Below, in pieces: positions 22,120-30,966 of a DNA stretch of 64,000 nucleotides (positions are counted from its first letter, which is position 1; every line of letters starts with the position of its first letter). The notes under the pieces are model-generated. The model was not told where the DNA came from, did no database searches, and worked only from the letters and a program-made list of their open reading frames with translations. The DNA is taken from the NCBI GenBank assembly GCA_934130355.1, contig CAKOXV010000001.1, positions 23,524 through 87,523 of the forward strand, in the 5' to 3' direction. The translations under genes were made by a program, and so were the position numbers. Origin of the DNA: an uncultured Clostridia bacterium (lineage in GTDB: Bacteria; Bacillota; Clostridia; TANB77; CAG-508).

Positions 22120-22432
22120 AAGCTTCTCCTTCATGATTGTACTTTTCCAACTACTTACCATAAACAAACTACTTATTACTAACTTGCCATTTTCACCTCC
22201 AAACATAATTATATGATTGAAGTTAGTAATAAAACTCTGAGTACTATAATATCATAATTTACATAAAACGTCAATATTTCTGCTCTATTATTAATCATAT
22301 GACAAAAATAAAAACAGTTTTTTGTCATTATTTATTATTATTTTTTTGAAAAAATACTTGTAATTTTCCAAAAACTATGGTAAACTAGTTAATAGTCATG
22401 TTTATTAATTATTTTAGGAGGTGCATTTAATC

Positions 22433-22630
22433 ATGGCAAAATGTGAAATTTGTGAAAAAACAGCTACTCATGGAAATAAATTAAGCATAACTCGTTCTCA
22501 TATAAGTAAAAGAGCTCCAAGAACTTGGAAACCAAATTTAAGAACAGTTAAAGCTGATGTTGATGGAGAAATAAAAAGAATCCATGTTTGTGCTAAATGT
22601 TTAAAAAATGGAAAAATAAAAAGAGCATAA
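22433..22630 (+). CDS. rpmB: 50S ribosomal protein L28
   Basis: MAKCEICEKTATHGNKLSITRSHISKRAPRTWKPNL...VCAKCLKNGKI. GGAGG lies upstream. Confidence 0.9.
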   Translation: MAKCEICEKTATHGNKLSITRSHISKRAPRTWKPNLRTVKADVDGEIKRIHVCAKCLKNGKIKRA

Positions 22631-22633
22631 AAA

Positions 22634-22660
22634 AACGCTTCATTAAAGAGCGTTTTTTTA
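22634..22660. terminator. Bidirectional hairpin terminator
   Basis: aacgct...agcgtt stem flanked by an A-run and a T-run. Confidence 0.6.
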
Positions 22661-22665
22661 TTTTC

Positions 22666-22980
22666 TTAATTTTTTGTACTTAATTCAATTATTAAATCCA
22701 TATTATCATCCTCTGCCATTTTATTTTTTCTAATCGCACCACATTTTTTACATTTAAATACAATAACATAGCCTTTTTTAGAATTTGTTTCTAATCCTAT
22801 AGGTTCTAATATTCCGTGACAATTTTCGGCTCTATCACCTGGATTTATATCTAAATGCTTTGAGTGTAAACAATATGGACAATGATTTCTACAAGTATAA
22901 CCTAATTTCGGAACTTTCTTGCCACAATTTTCGCATATAAATTCTTCATCTATTTTTGTAAATTTACTATTCTCTAACAT
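22666..22980 (-). CDS. RNHCP domain-containing zinc-ribbon protein
   Basis: CENCG...CRNHCPYCLHSKH...CKKCG. Confidence 0.7.
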   Translation of the reverse strand: MLENSKFTKIDEEFICENCGKKVPKLGYTCRNHCPYCLHSKHLDINPGDRAENCHGILEPIGLETNSKKGYVIVFKCKKCGAIRKNKMAEDDNMDLIIELSTKN

Positions 22981-22998
22981 TTTCTTACCTCTTTAAAA

Positions 22999-24600
22999 TT
23001 ATCCTTTAAAATCTCCTCCTCCTAAAAATTCTTTCAATAATGAATGTGATGGCACAATATCTTTAGAAATTGGTTCAAAAGAATCTAAAATCTCTAATAA
23101 TCTTTGTGCTTCTGCATATTGTGGTTGTTCATTAGTTATAGCTTTTAGTAATGGTTCAGCTTCTGTTTTTAACACTCCTAATTCATATATTAGTGAAGTA
23201 TTAAATATGCTATCAGCTTCTTCTTGGAATGGGAAGATATTTTTTACTTCGCCTGCATTTACATTCTTCCAACTTGAAATTGTTTGTGCTGCACTATATC
23301 CTCTAAATTGATTATCTCTAACTATTCTTCTTATCAGTCTTGTATCTGTTGTAGAAATTCTATTGAAACGATCCATATTAAGAACTGTTAATGCACTTAT
23401 ATAAATCTTGTATTTTTGTTCTTGAGGGATTCTTGAAGTTAATTGATCATTTAAACAGTGAATTCCCTCTATTACTAATATTTCATCATCATGTAATCTT
23501 AATTTATTTCCATTATATCTCTTAGTTCCTTCATGAAAATCAAATTCTGGCATTTCAACTTCTTCACCATTTAATAAAGCTATTAAATGACTATTGAATA
23601 ACTCTGTATCAATAGCTTCTATGCACTCAAAATCAGGTTCACCTTTTGCATTTAATGGTGTGTCTTTTCTTTCTACAAAATAATTGTCAACAGAAATTGT
23701 AACAGGTTTTAATCCATTAATTCTTAATTGAATTCCTAATCTTTGAGCAAAAGTTGTTTTTCCTGATGAAGATGGTCCTGCAATTAAAATCATTTTAACA
23801 CCTTTTCTTGCTGCAATTTTATCTGCTATTTGTGATATTTTTTTCTCATGCAAAGCTTCTGATAATAATATTAAATCTTTGATTTTATTTTCTCTTACTA
23901 TTTTATTTAATCTATATACAGTGCCAACATCTAATACCTTATAAATTGTTTCATATTCTTGTAAAGCCCAAAGCAATTTTTTAGTTTCTTTAAATTGAGG
24001 CAAAACATTTACATTATTACTACTTGGATATCTTAATAAAAATCCATAACTATATTTTTGTAACTCAAAAATTTTAGTTGCTCCTGTATGTGTTGCTATT
24101 GTTCCATATAAATAATTAAAATAATCTTCGCAAAAGCACATATTAATTTCTTGCTTTTCTTCTGATTCAAGTTGTAAACGTCCTTTTGTACTATCCTTTT
24201 CATTGAAAAATTCTTCTGCTTCTTTTCTTGTCATAGTTCTTTTTTCTATTTTTAAATCTTTTTCAATTATTTCTGCCATTTTAATTTTTACATTTTCAAG
24301 CATTTCTGTTGTTACTTCCATATTTTCTATAGTACAATACATTGAATTTGATAATTGATAATCTACCATTACATCTACTTTTGGATATAGTTTCCAAAAT
24401 GCCATACCCATTATATAAGTTAAAGTTCTTCTATATATTTTCATTCCTTCTTTTGAATTTATATTAATTAATTCAATTTTTCCATCTGGTTCAACTACAT
24501 CATCTAAGTTTTTATATTCATTGTTATATTTAGCCCCTACTACTGGGTATTCACTTTTTTCTATTTCTTCTTTTCGTATTTCTGATATTTTTTGTTTCAT
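22999..24600 (-). CDS. Uridine kinase-family P-loop nucleoside kinase with an N-terminal ThrRS-like (TGS/SAD-type) extension
   Basis: 533 aa with P-loop IAGPSSSGKTTFAQRL in the C-terminal half. The architecture is as seen in clostridial long Udk-like proteins. Confidence 0.65.
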   Translation of the reverse strand: MKQKISEIRKEEIEKSEYPVVGAKYNNEYKNLDDVVEPDGKIELININSKEGMKIYRRTLTYIMGMAFWKLYPKVDVMVDYQLSNSMYCTIENMEVTTEMLENVKIKMAEIIEKDLKIEKRTMTRKEAEEFFNEKDSTKGRLQLESEEKQEINMCFCEDYFNYLYGTIATHTGATKIFELQKYSYGFLLRYPSSNNVNVLPQFKETKKLLWALQEYETIYKVLDVGTVYRLNKIVRENKIKDLILLSEALHEKKISQIADKIAARKGVKMILIAGPSSSGKTTFAQRLGIQLRINGLKPVTISVDNYFVERKDTPLNAKGEPDFECIEAIDTELFNSHLIALLNGEEVEMPEFDFHEGTKRYNGNKLRLHDDEILVIEGIHCLNDQLTSRIPQEQKYKIYISALTVLNMDRFNRISTTDTRLIRRIVRDNQFRGYSAAQTISSWKNVNAGEVKNIFPFQEEADSIFNTSLIYELGVLKTEAEPLLKAITNEQPQYAEAQRLLEILDSFEPISKDIVPSHSLLKEFLGGGDFKG

Positions 24601-24718
24601 CTTATCTACTCCTTCTATAATTTACTTAGGTTTTCATCCCTATTTTACTATATCTATTTTTTAAAAGCAAGTAATATTACTATGTGGTACAAAAAATAGT
24701 TAATATTTTAATATATTG

Positions 24719-25061
24719 CTTACCACAAATACCTTGCACGCACCCTTGGACCTGTACATATATATTAAATAATGGAAAATTTTGTGCATCTAAACTTGAG
24801 TATAGAAAATCTTAAAGTACATACACGAGGAATGCTCACATCAAAAATGAATATATTACTATTCCATGGCAAAAACATAGCTGGGGTCTTCGTCGGGGGT
24901 CTTTGCCTTATTCCATAGTAACATATTCATTTTTGGACTAAGTGAGAGAGGCTCGGGTTGTACTTTTAGATTTTATACGAAAGTTCAGCTTGTCCAAAAT
25001 TTGGAATGTCTTTAATATATATGTACAGGTCCAAGGGTGCGTGCAAGGTATTTGTGGTAAG
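24719..25061 (+). repeat. Extended-hairpin element, copy 3 (343 bp perfect-armed part; imperfect pairing continues to 24700-25080)
   Basis: cttaccacaaataccttgcacgcacccttggacctgtacatatatattaaa is mirrored exactly at the 3' end. The core is shared with copies 1 and 2. Confidence 0.95.
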
Positions 25062-25144
25062 TAATATGTTAAAGTATTAATTAGTAGTAAAAAATATGAA
25101 TATTTATATTATATATGTATATAATTATTTTAGAGGTGGTATAA

Positions 25145-25312
25145 ATGAATTTTAATAGAGTACAAGAAGTCTTAAATAATAAAGAAAAAGTTGATATTTA
25201 TTATGATGAAAGACCAGTATGGATTCAGAGTACTAATAATCACGTTGCAAAAATTGGATTTATAGATAATTTTGAAGAGCGTGATGTTTTTATAGAAGAT
25301 TTATATGAATAA
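25145..25312 (+). CDS. sspH: Small acid-soluble spore protein, H-type (SspH-like), 55 aa
   Basis: Own translation: MNFNRVQEVLNNKEKVDIYYDERPVWIQSTNNHVAKIGFIDNFEERDVFIEDLYE. This follows the SspH pattern (NxxRAxEI...VxYxGxPVYIq...v....LeE). GAGGTGG RBS is present. It is too short for the supplied ORF track. Confidence 0.65.
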   Translation: MNFNRVQEVLNNKEKVDIYYDERPVWIQSTNNHVAKIGFIDNFEERDVFIEDLYE

Positions 25313-25357
25313 AAGAAAAGAGGGTTCCTAAATTGGAATCCTCTTTATAAGTAAATA

Positions 25358-25645
25358 CTAGTCTTTTGTTGCATATGGTAATATTGCAATATGTCTAGCT
25401 CTTTTAACAGCAAGTGTTATATCTCTTTGATGTTTAGCACAAGCACCTGTTGTTCTTCTTGGTAATATTTTTCCTTTATCATTGATGAATTTTTTTAATT
25501 GATCAGCATTTTTGTAATCTAATTCAAAGTTTTTGTCATTGCATAATGCACAAACTTTTTTTCTTTGTTTTCTGAATTTTGGGTTAAAATCATCATCATA
25601 ATTATTATTGTTTCTATTATTTCTTTTTTTGTTTTTATCTGCCAT
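25358..25645 (-). CDS. rpsR: 30S ribosomal protein S18
   Basis: C-terminal ...[49 protein letters not shown]. It sits in the rpsF-ssb-rpsR gene order. Confidence 0.95.
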   Translation of the reverse strand: MADKNKKRNNRNNNNYDDDFNPKFRKQRKKVCALCNDKNFELDYKNADQLKKFINDKGKILPRRTTGACAKHQRDITLAVKRARHIAILPYATKD

Positions 25646-25665
25646 TTTTATTCCCCTCCTTGTTC

Positions 25666-26097
25666 TTAAAATGGTAAATCGTCACTTGAAGATACTTCAA
25701 AATCTCCTCCTGCTATTCCACCTGGCATAGAATTACCAAATGTATTTTCAAATGAAGAACTTGCTCCGTCTCCATCTCTTCTGCTATCTGCGAAATATGC
25801 TTCTTCAGCAACAACTTCTGTAACATAGTGTTTTTGACCTTGGTCATCATCCCATGTTCTTGTTTGAATTCTTCCTATAATTCCAACTTGTTGACCTTTC
25901 TTAAAGTATTTACTGCAAAATTCTCCTAATTTGCTCCAAGCAACTATGTTTATAAAGTCTGCTTGTCTTTCTTCTCCTTGTCTTACAAATCTTCTATTTA
26001 CTGCTAATGAGAATGATGCTACAACTGTATTATTTGTTTGTGTATATCTTACTTCTGGATCTCTTGTTAATCTACCCATTAAAATTACTTTGTTCAT
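25666..26097 (-). CDS. ssb: Single-stranded DNA-binding protein
   Basis: OB fold [19 protein letters not shown]...; acidic tail DDLPF. Confidence 0.95.
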   Translation of the reverse strand: MNKVILMGRLTRDPEVRYTQTNNTVVASFSLAVNRRFVRQGEERQADFINIVAWSKLGEFCSKYFKKGQQVGIIGRIQTRTWDDDQGQKHYVTEVVAEEAYFADSRRDGDGASSSFENTFGNSMPGGIAGGDFEVSSSDDLPF

Positions 26098-26147
26098 ATC
26101 TTATCACTTTACCTTTCTACTTTATTTAAGGTCCCTCTGTATCCTAT

Positions 26148-26426
26148 TTATTTTTTTATTGTGATGAATTTTAAAATTTCATCTGTTATTCTGTAGATTC
26201 TTTCTAATTCTGCTATAAATTCTGGTTTTGCTTCAAAATTGAATTGAATATAATAAGCTTCTTTGTTTTTGTCAATTTCATAAGCTAATTTTCTTTTTCC
26301 CATTTCTACAACTTCTTCTACTTTTCCATTTTCATTGATTAATCCTGTAAATTTTTCTTCTAAAGCTTTTAAACCAGCTTCATCAACATTTGGATTAATA
26401 ATGATAACACTTTCGTATTTGTTCAT
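26148..26426 (-). CDS. rpsF: 30S ribosomal protein S6
   Basis: MNKYESVIIINPNVDEAG...GKRKLAYEI. Confidence 0.95.
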   Translation of the reverse strand: MNKYESVIIINPNVDEAGLKALEEKFTGLINENGKVEEVVEMGKRKLAYEIDKNKEAYYIQFNFEAKPEFIAELERIYRITDEILKFITIKK

Positions 26427-26548
26427 TATCTTTCACCTCCTCTTGGATATATAACTCATGTTTTCACATGAGTAAGGCTCTGAGTTTTACTTTTATTTGT
26501 AAAACTTTTGAGAAAAATAAAAACAAACGCTTTCCCGTTTGTTTTATC

Positions 26549-26622
<74 letters not shown>

Positions 26623-26654
26623 ATGTACAATGCAAGGAAATTAAAAAGTTAATT

Positions 26655-26728
<74 letters not shown>

Positions 26729-26884
26729 ATTTCCCTGACATTTATAAATTATAAAGTATTATTCTTATTTTGTCAAGCAATTTAGTAAAATTTTTCAAAA
26801 AAATTTTATGCTATTCTCTTCCTATTTTCTACATTTTATGATAAAATGCAAGCAAATAAGTTCAGGAAGGATTGTGATTTTTTT

Positions 26885-27148
26885 ATGGAATTAAATAGAT
26901 GTACTCGTTGTGGTGCTTTTCATGTTAATGGCGGAGATGTTTGCCCTAAATGTGCTGAAAAAGACAGCCTAGAATTATCTACATTTAATACTTACATAGA
27001 AGAAAATGGATTTTCTTCTGTTGATACAATAGCAACTCAAACAGGAATTGCACAAAAAAATGTTAATCGTTTTATTAATGGACAAGGAATTGAAATTCCT
27101 GAAAGCCAAGATGAAAATCTAACTAACTCAGGAGTTGTTTTTAACTAA
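26885..27148 (+). CDS. Small zinc-ribbon protein with a C-terminal HTH-like segment (YvyF/TIGR03826-like architecture)
   Basis: MELNRCTRCGAF...CPKCAEKD then ...VDTIATQTGIAQKNVNRFI. The family assignment is tentative. Confidence 0.4.
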   Translation: MELNRCTRCGAFHVNGGDVCPKCAEKDSLELSTFNTYIEENGFSSVDTIATQTGIAQKNVNRFINGQGIEIPESQDENLTNSGVVFN

Positions 27149-27162
27149 TACAAAATTACAAA

Positions 27163-27193
27163 ATGAACTGGTGAGTAAACCAGTTCATTTTTG
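27163..27193. terminator. Bidirectional hairpin terminator
   Basis: atgaactgg-tgagtaa-accagttcat followed by ttttt. Confidence 0.7.
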
Positions 27194-28252
27194 CTATTCT
27201 TGAAGCATTCTATCTGCAAAGACACCATATCCTGCAGTTGGCTCATTTACAAATACATGTGTAACTGCTCCACAAAACTTTCCATTTTGAATAATTGGAG
27301 AACCACTCATTCCCTGAATAATTCCTCCTGTCTTTTCTATTAAGTCTTTGTCAGTAACTTTAATTAACATGCTTTTATTATCATAATTATTATTATAATA
27401 TATCTTTTGTATTTCTATTTTATATTCTTTTACTTTACCATCTATATCTGACAAAATGCTTGCTTCTCCTAATGAAATTTCCTGCCTTGTTGCTACATGC
27501 ATTTTTTTAGAATAATCAATTTTTAAATTATCAATTTTTTTTATTACCCCATATATTCCATATTGAGTATTTTTATATACATTTCCTATCAAGCTTCCAC
27601 TTTTAATTGATCCTTGTATTTTTCCTGGTTCAGTACTAACACCTTTTACAATTGATACAATACTTACATCATCAATTTCTCCATAGGCTGTCTGTATTAT
27701 ATTTCCTGTATCTATATCTGTTATTCCATGTCCTAATGCTGCAAAACTCTTTGTTGAATCATTATAAAATGTAACTGTTCCAACTCCAGCAGCACTATCT
27801 CTTACCCATAATCCAATCTTGTAATTTCCTTGTTTTGTCATTATTGGCTTTATTTTACAACTTTTTTCTTTTTCTCCACTTTTATATATTATTTCTATTT
27901 CATTTCCATTATTATTGTTTATAAAATCTATTAATTCATTTGTTGTGTTTATTTTATTGTTATTAATTGATATTATAGAATCTCCTTCCTGAATTTCTGT
28001 ATTTTCAAAAGGTTTATACATTATACCATCTTTTCCTTCAATAGCAGTTGTTCCAACAACTAATATTCCAGATGTGTATAATTTTATTCCAACAACTTCT
28101 CCAATTGGTATAACTTGTATATCTGAAATTTTTATTTCTTCGCCCTTAACAGCTATTGTTTCTGGTATAGAATTTCTTGACAATATGAATGAATATAAAA
28201 AAAATAAAACAAATAATAAAGCTATTTTTCTGAGTGTTTTCATTTTTTTCAC
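27194..28252 (-). CDS. spoIVB: SpoIVB peptidase (stage IV sporulation signalling serine protease, S55)
   Basis: N-terminal TM, PDZ-like region, and C-terminal GIIQGMSGSPIIQNGKFCGAVTHVFVNEPTAGYGVFADRM, which closely follows the SpoIVB signature. Confidence 0.9.
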   Translation of the reverse strand: MKKMKTLRKIALLFVLFFLYSFILSRNSIPETIAVKGEEIKISDIQVIPIGEVVGIKLYTSGILVVGTTAIEGKDGIMYKPFENTEIQEGDSIISINNNKINTTNELIDFINNNNGNEIEIIYKSGEKEKSCKIKPIMTKQGNYKIGLWVRDSAAGVGTVTFYNDSTKSFAALGHGITDIDTGNIIQTAYGEIDDVSIVSIVKGVSTEPGKIQGSIKSGSLIGNVYKNTQYGIYGVIKKIDNLKIDYSKKMHVATRQEISLGEASILSDIDGKVKEYKIEIQKIYYNNNYDNKSMLIKVTDKDLIEKTGGIIQGMSGSPIIQNGKFCGAVTHVFVNEPTAGYGVFADRMLQE

Positions 28253-28358
28253 TCCTTCAAATTTTATTATCTGTATTAATAATATTTTTATTCAATTTAT
28301 ATTTTGAAATTTTTTCAAAAAAAATAAAAAAATGATTACTTCTAATATAACCATTTTT

Positions 28359-28916
28359 CTAAATTTCTGATGTTTTTCCGTTTATTGCTATTGTGCCTGT
28401 TGCTGTTGCAGCTATTATGTGAATATCTCCTTGTGTTGCATTATAATAAAATTTCTTTAATGATTGTGCTAAAGTTTTGTTGTTATTTTTAACTGTTACT
28501 AATATTTCATCACCTTGTTTTAAAACCAATCTTCCATAACCACTTTCATCACTTGTACTTCTAATTTTTTCTTCGATTTGTGTAGTAAAAATAGAATAAT
28601 ATGTATTATTTCCTACTTGACCTTGTGAACCATATTCATCAACTACTTTTTTAGCACTGTTTTGGTCTAAAATTTTTACTTCAATATCAATGTCATAAGT
28701 ATTTCCTGAAGAACCTAATGCTGATACCAATTGTTGATATCTTTTTGATGTTATTTGTCCTGTTTTAATAACTTCATCAACAAATTCTGCTGTAGCAGTT
28801 TGAACTAATAATTGTGATATATCATCAGCTCTTTCTGATACTAATAGTAATGGCACCACTAACATTATAATTATAGCTGTAATTATTCCTATAATATCTA
28901 TTAAGGTTTCATCCAT
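28359..28916 (-). CDS. Membrane-anchored protein, last gene of the Tad-like locus (possible minor pilin/TadE-like role)
   Basis: 185 aa with a single N-terminal TM (IDIIGIITAIIIMLVVPLLLV), an RBS, and tight spacing to the upstream gene. Confidence 0.4.
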   Translation of the reverse strand: MDETLIDIIGIITAIIIMLVVPLLLVSERADDISQLLVQTATAEFVDEVIKTGQITSKRYQQLVSALGSSGNTYDIDIEVKILDQNSAKKVVDEYGSQGQVGNNTYYSIFTTQIEEKIRSTSDESGYGRLVLKQGDEILVTVKNNNKTLAQSLKKFYYNATQGDIHIIAATATGTIAINGKTSEI

Positions 28917-28935
28917 GTTGTTTTGTTTCTCCTTT

Positions 28936-29502
28936 CTATTGTTGTAAAATATATGTTATAACTCTTTTAGTTATTTTTGTTGCTCCTGTTCCTTGGTCAT
29001 ATTCTCCTAATTTTTCTTCAAATTTTGAATTTTTAAATTTTTGATATATTCCTTCATTATAAACTATTCTATTTCTATATTTATCTTTTATTTCATCACT
29101 TTTAGTATTTAGAGTTTCTGTTCCGCCAAGTATTATATCTAGATGTTCTCTAACTGCTGCTTGGCTTGCAAATCTCTCATTTTCAAGGTCTATACAAGAA
29201 ATTTCATTATTGTCTTCATCTCTGTATAATGTAAGTTTTTTACCAGTACTATCAAAAAAGTAAATTTCTATATTTTCTTGATATGCTCTATACATTGTTG
29301 AAACCACTGTTTCTATTCCTACAGTTCTTGAAAGATTCTCAGATGGCTCTACATACATATATTGTGTTTCTCTATCTCTTAATTCTATTATTGCTTTTAC
29401 AGATCTTGTTGCTTGAGAAAAAGAAGATATACTTAATGTTAATGCCATTCCAAACAACAATATTGCAAATGCAAATTTTAGTGCTCCTGCTGCATTTTCC
29501 AT
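28936..29502 (-). CDS. Flp/pseudopilin-like protein with MENAAGALKF N-terminus
   Basis: 188 aa. The N-terminus is related to the three MENxTKALLIAA paralogs. AAGGAG RBS is present. Confidence 0.5.
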   Translation of the reverse strand: MENAAGALKFAFAILLFGMALTLSISSFSQATRSVKAIIELRDRETQYMYVEPSENLSRTVGIETVVSTMYRAYQENIEIYFFDSTGKKLTLYRDEDNNEISCIDLENERFASQAAVREHLDIILGGTETLNTKSDEIKDKYRNRIVYNEGIYQKFKNSKFEEKLGEYDQGTGATKITKRVITYILQQ

Positions 29503-29523
29503 AAATATATCTCCTTTCTACAA

Positions 29524-29970
29524 TTATTCTTCTGTTATTGTGATTGTATCAACAAATCCTGTTGTAGCATTCATTGAAACTTGTACTGTATATAATTTAG
29601 AAGTATTTGCCATAGAAGTTGGTGCTAATGTTGTTGCATTTTTGGCTAATATTACAGTTTCACCTTTTTTTACATCAATAAATTTAGGACTTGGTTTACT
29701 ACTATCTGTTGAAATTGTTAAACCTTCTGAACTGCTTTTCATGTTACTTGCTAATACTGTATTTAACATTGCATTAACTTCACTACCTCTACGGTGTTGA
29801 CCTTGGTATTGTGTGAATTGATCATTAAATGCTGTTATTTCTTGTCCAGAAAAGTTTACTGAATCTATTGTTTCAGATGCCATTCTATAAACTACTATTC
29901 CTAAAGATATAATTAATACTGCTATTAATACTGCTGCTGCAATTAATAATGCTTTTGTTGCGTTCTCCAT
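29524..29970 (-). CDS. Flp-like pilin paralog (MENATKALLIAAAVLIAVLIISLG...)
   Basis: The start was moved to the ATG at 29970, which is preceded by GGAGGG. The hydrophobic N-terminal helix resembles a mature Flp/type IV pilin N-terminus. Confidence 0.55.
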   Translation of the reverse strand: MENATKALLIAAAVLIAVLIISLGIVVYRMASETIDSVNFSGQEITAFNDQFTQYQGQHRRGSEVNAMLNTVLASNMKSSSEGLTISTDSSKPSPKFIDVKKGETVILAKNATTLAPTSMANTSKLYTVQVSMNATTGFVDTITITEE

Positions 29971-30042
29971 ATATAATTCCCTCCTTTTTTTCATTTATTT
30001 ATATGTAACTTTCGACATATTTGCCGAACTTTAATAACGATT

Positions 30043-30471
30043 TTATACTTGTTCAAATAAAATATAACTAATTTTTCCTGTTGATTTATGATATTCTATT
30101 TTTGAACATTTAAATTTTTCTTTTCCATAATATTGTGCAAATTTTTCTGTTCCTCCATTATAAAATGTTTCCATTTTATAACTTGTTTCATTGTCTTTTA
30201 TATATATTTCTATTTCGATTGAATTTTGTGTATTTTGTATAAATTCTTTTTTATCATCTTGCTTTATTTCATTTTTAGTATTTTTATCAACTGCTTTATT
30301 AATTAATGTAGCAACTTCTAGACCATAAACTTCTTTATCTTTATATTTTTCAAATTCTTCATTTTCCTGAGCAATTACGCTCTTTTCTGCTCTATAAGAA
30401 AGATATCTTGTCATAAATGTTACTACAACAATTATTATAGCAATTCCAATAAATGTAAATACTTTTTTCAT
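30043..30471 (-). CDS. Small membrane-anchored protein within the pilin gene block
   Basis: 142 aa with N-terminal TM KKVFTFIGIAIIIVVVTF. It does not have the MEN-type N-terminus. Confidence 0.4.
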   Translation of the reverse strand: MKKVFTFIGIAIIIVVVTFMTRYLSYRAEKSVIAQENEEFEKYKDKEVYGLEVATLINKAVDKNTKNEIKQDDKKEFIQNTQNSIEIEIYIKDNETSYKMETFYNGGTEKFAQYYGKEKFKCSKIEYHKSTGKISYILFEQV

Positions 30472-30520
30472 CCTTTTTCCTCATTATAACATCTAATTTT
30501 TTATTTTGCAACATAATTTT

Positions 30521-30949
30521 TTAGTTATTTTGAAAGCTTATTTTATATACTCTTGCTGTTGTGTCACTAATATCTACAGTGTTACAAGTATATGTTTTTT
30601 CTAGATTATTATTTAGCAAATTGGAAATATAATAACTTGAATTCATATTTTGGATTTCGCTTTCTATTTGTGCACCATTTAGGTATACTTCAACATAAAA
30701 AGAGCTATTATTATTGTTTTCAAATGCCATATTTGCTACAGTAACTACATCTTGAATTGTTAAATTTGATTTTCCTAAATATTTTGTATACTGTGTATTA
30801 AATGTATTTATTTCATTGTTCATTATTCTTTCATTTGAACTTGCTACATAATTTGCTAATTCATTATATAATGCTAATCCTAAAGACATTATCATTACTC
30901 CTATTAGCAATCCTGCAGCTATTAACATAGCTTTAGTTGCGTTTTCCAT
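30521..30949 (-). CDS. Flp-like pilin paralog (MENATKAMLIAAGLLIGVMIMSLG...)
   Basis: 142 aa, paralogous N-terminus. Confidence 0.55.
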   Translation of the reverse strand: MENATKAMLIAAGLLIGVMIMSLGLALYNELANYVASSNERIMNNEINTFNTQYTKYLGKSNLTIQDVVTVANMAFENNNNSSFYVEVYLNGAQIESEIQNMNSSYYISNLLNNNLEKTYTCNTVDISDTTARVYKISFQNN

Positions 30950-30966
30950 TAAAGCTTTCCTTTCTT

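Noticed and set aside
22120-22206. N-terminal extension of the flotillin ORF (MFGGENGKLVISSLFMVSSWKSTIMKEKL)
   Set aside because: The internal ATG at 22119 has a canonical AAGGAG RBS at proper spacing. The extension overlaps the inverted-repeat leader and has no signal or TM logic.
26427-26548. Possible S6:S18-binding leader RNA upstream of rpsF
   Set aside because: A hairpin (ctcatgtgaaaacatgag) is present. I cannot recall the motif consensus well enough to support a call from sequence alone.
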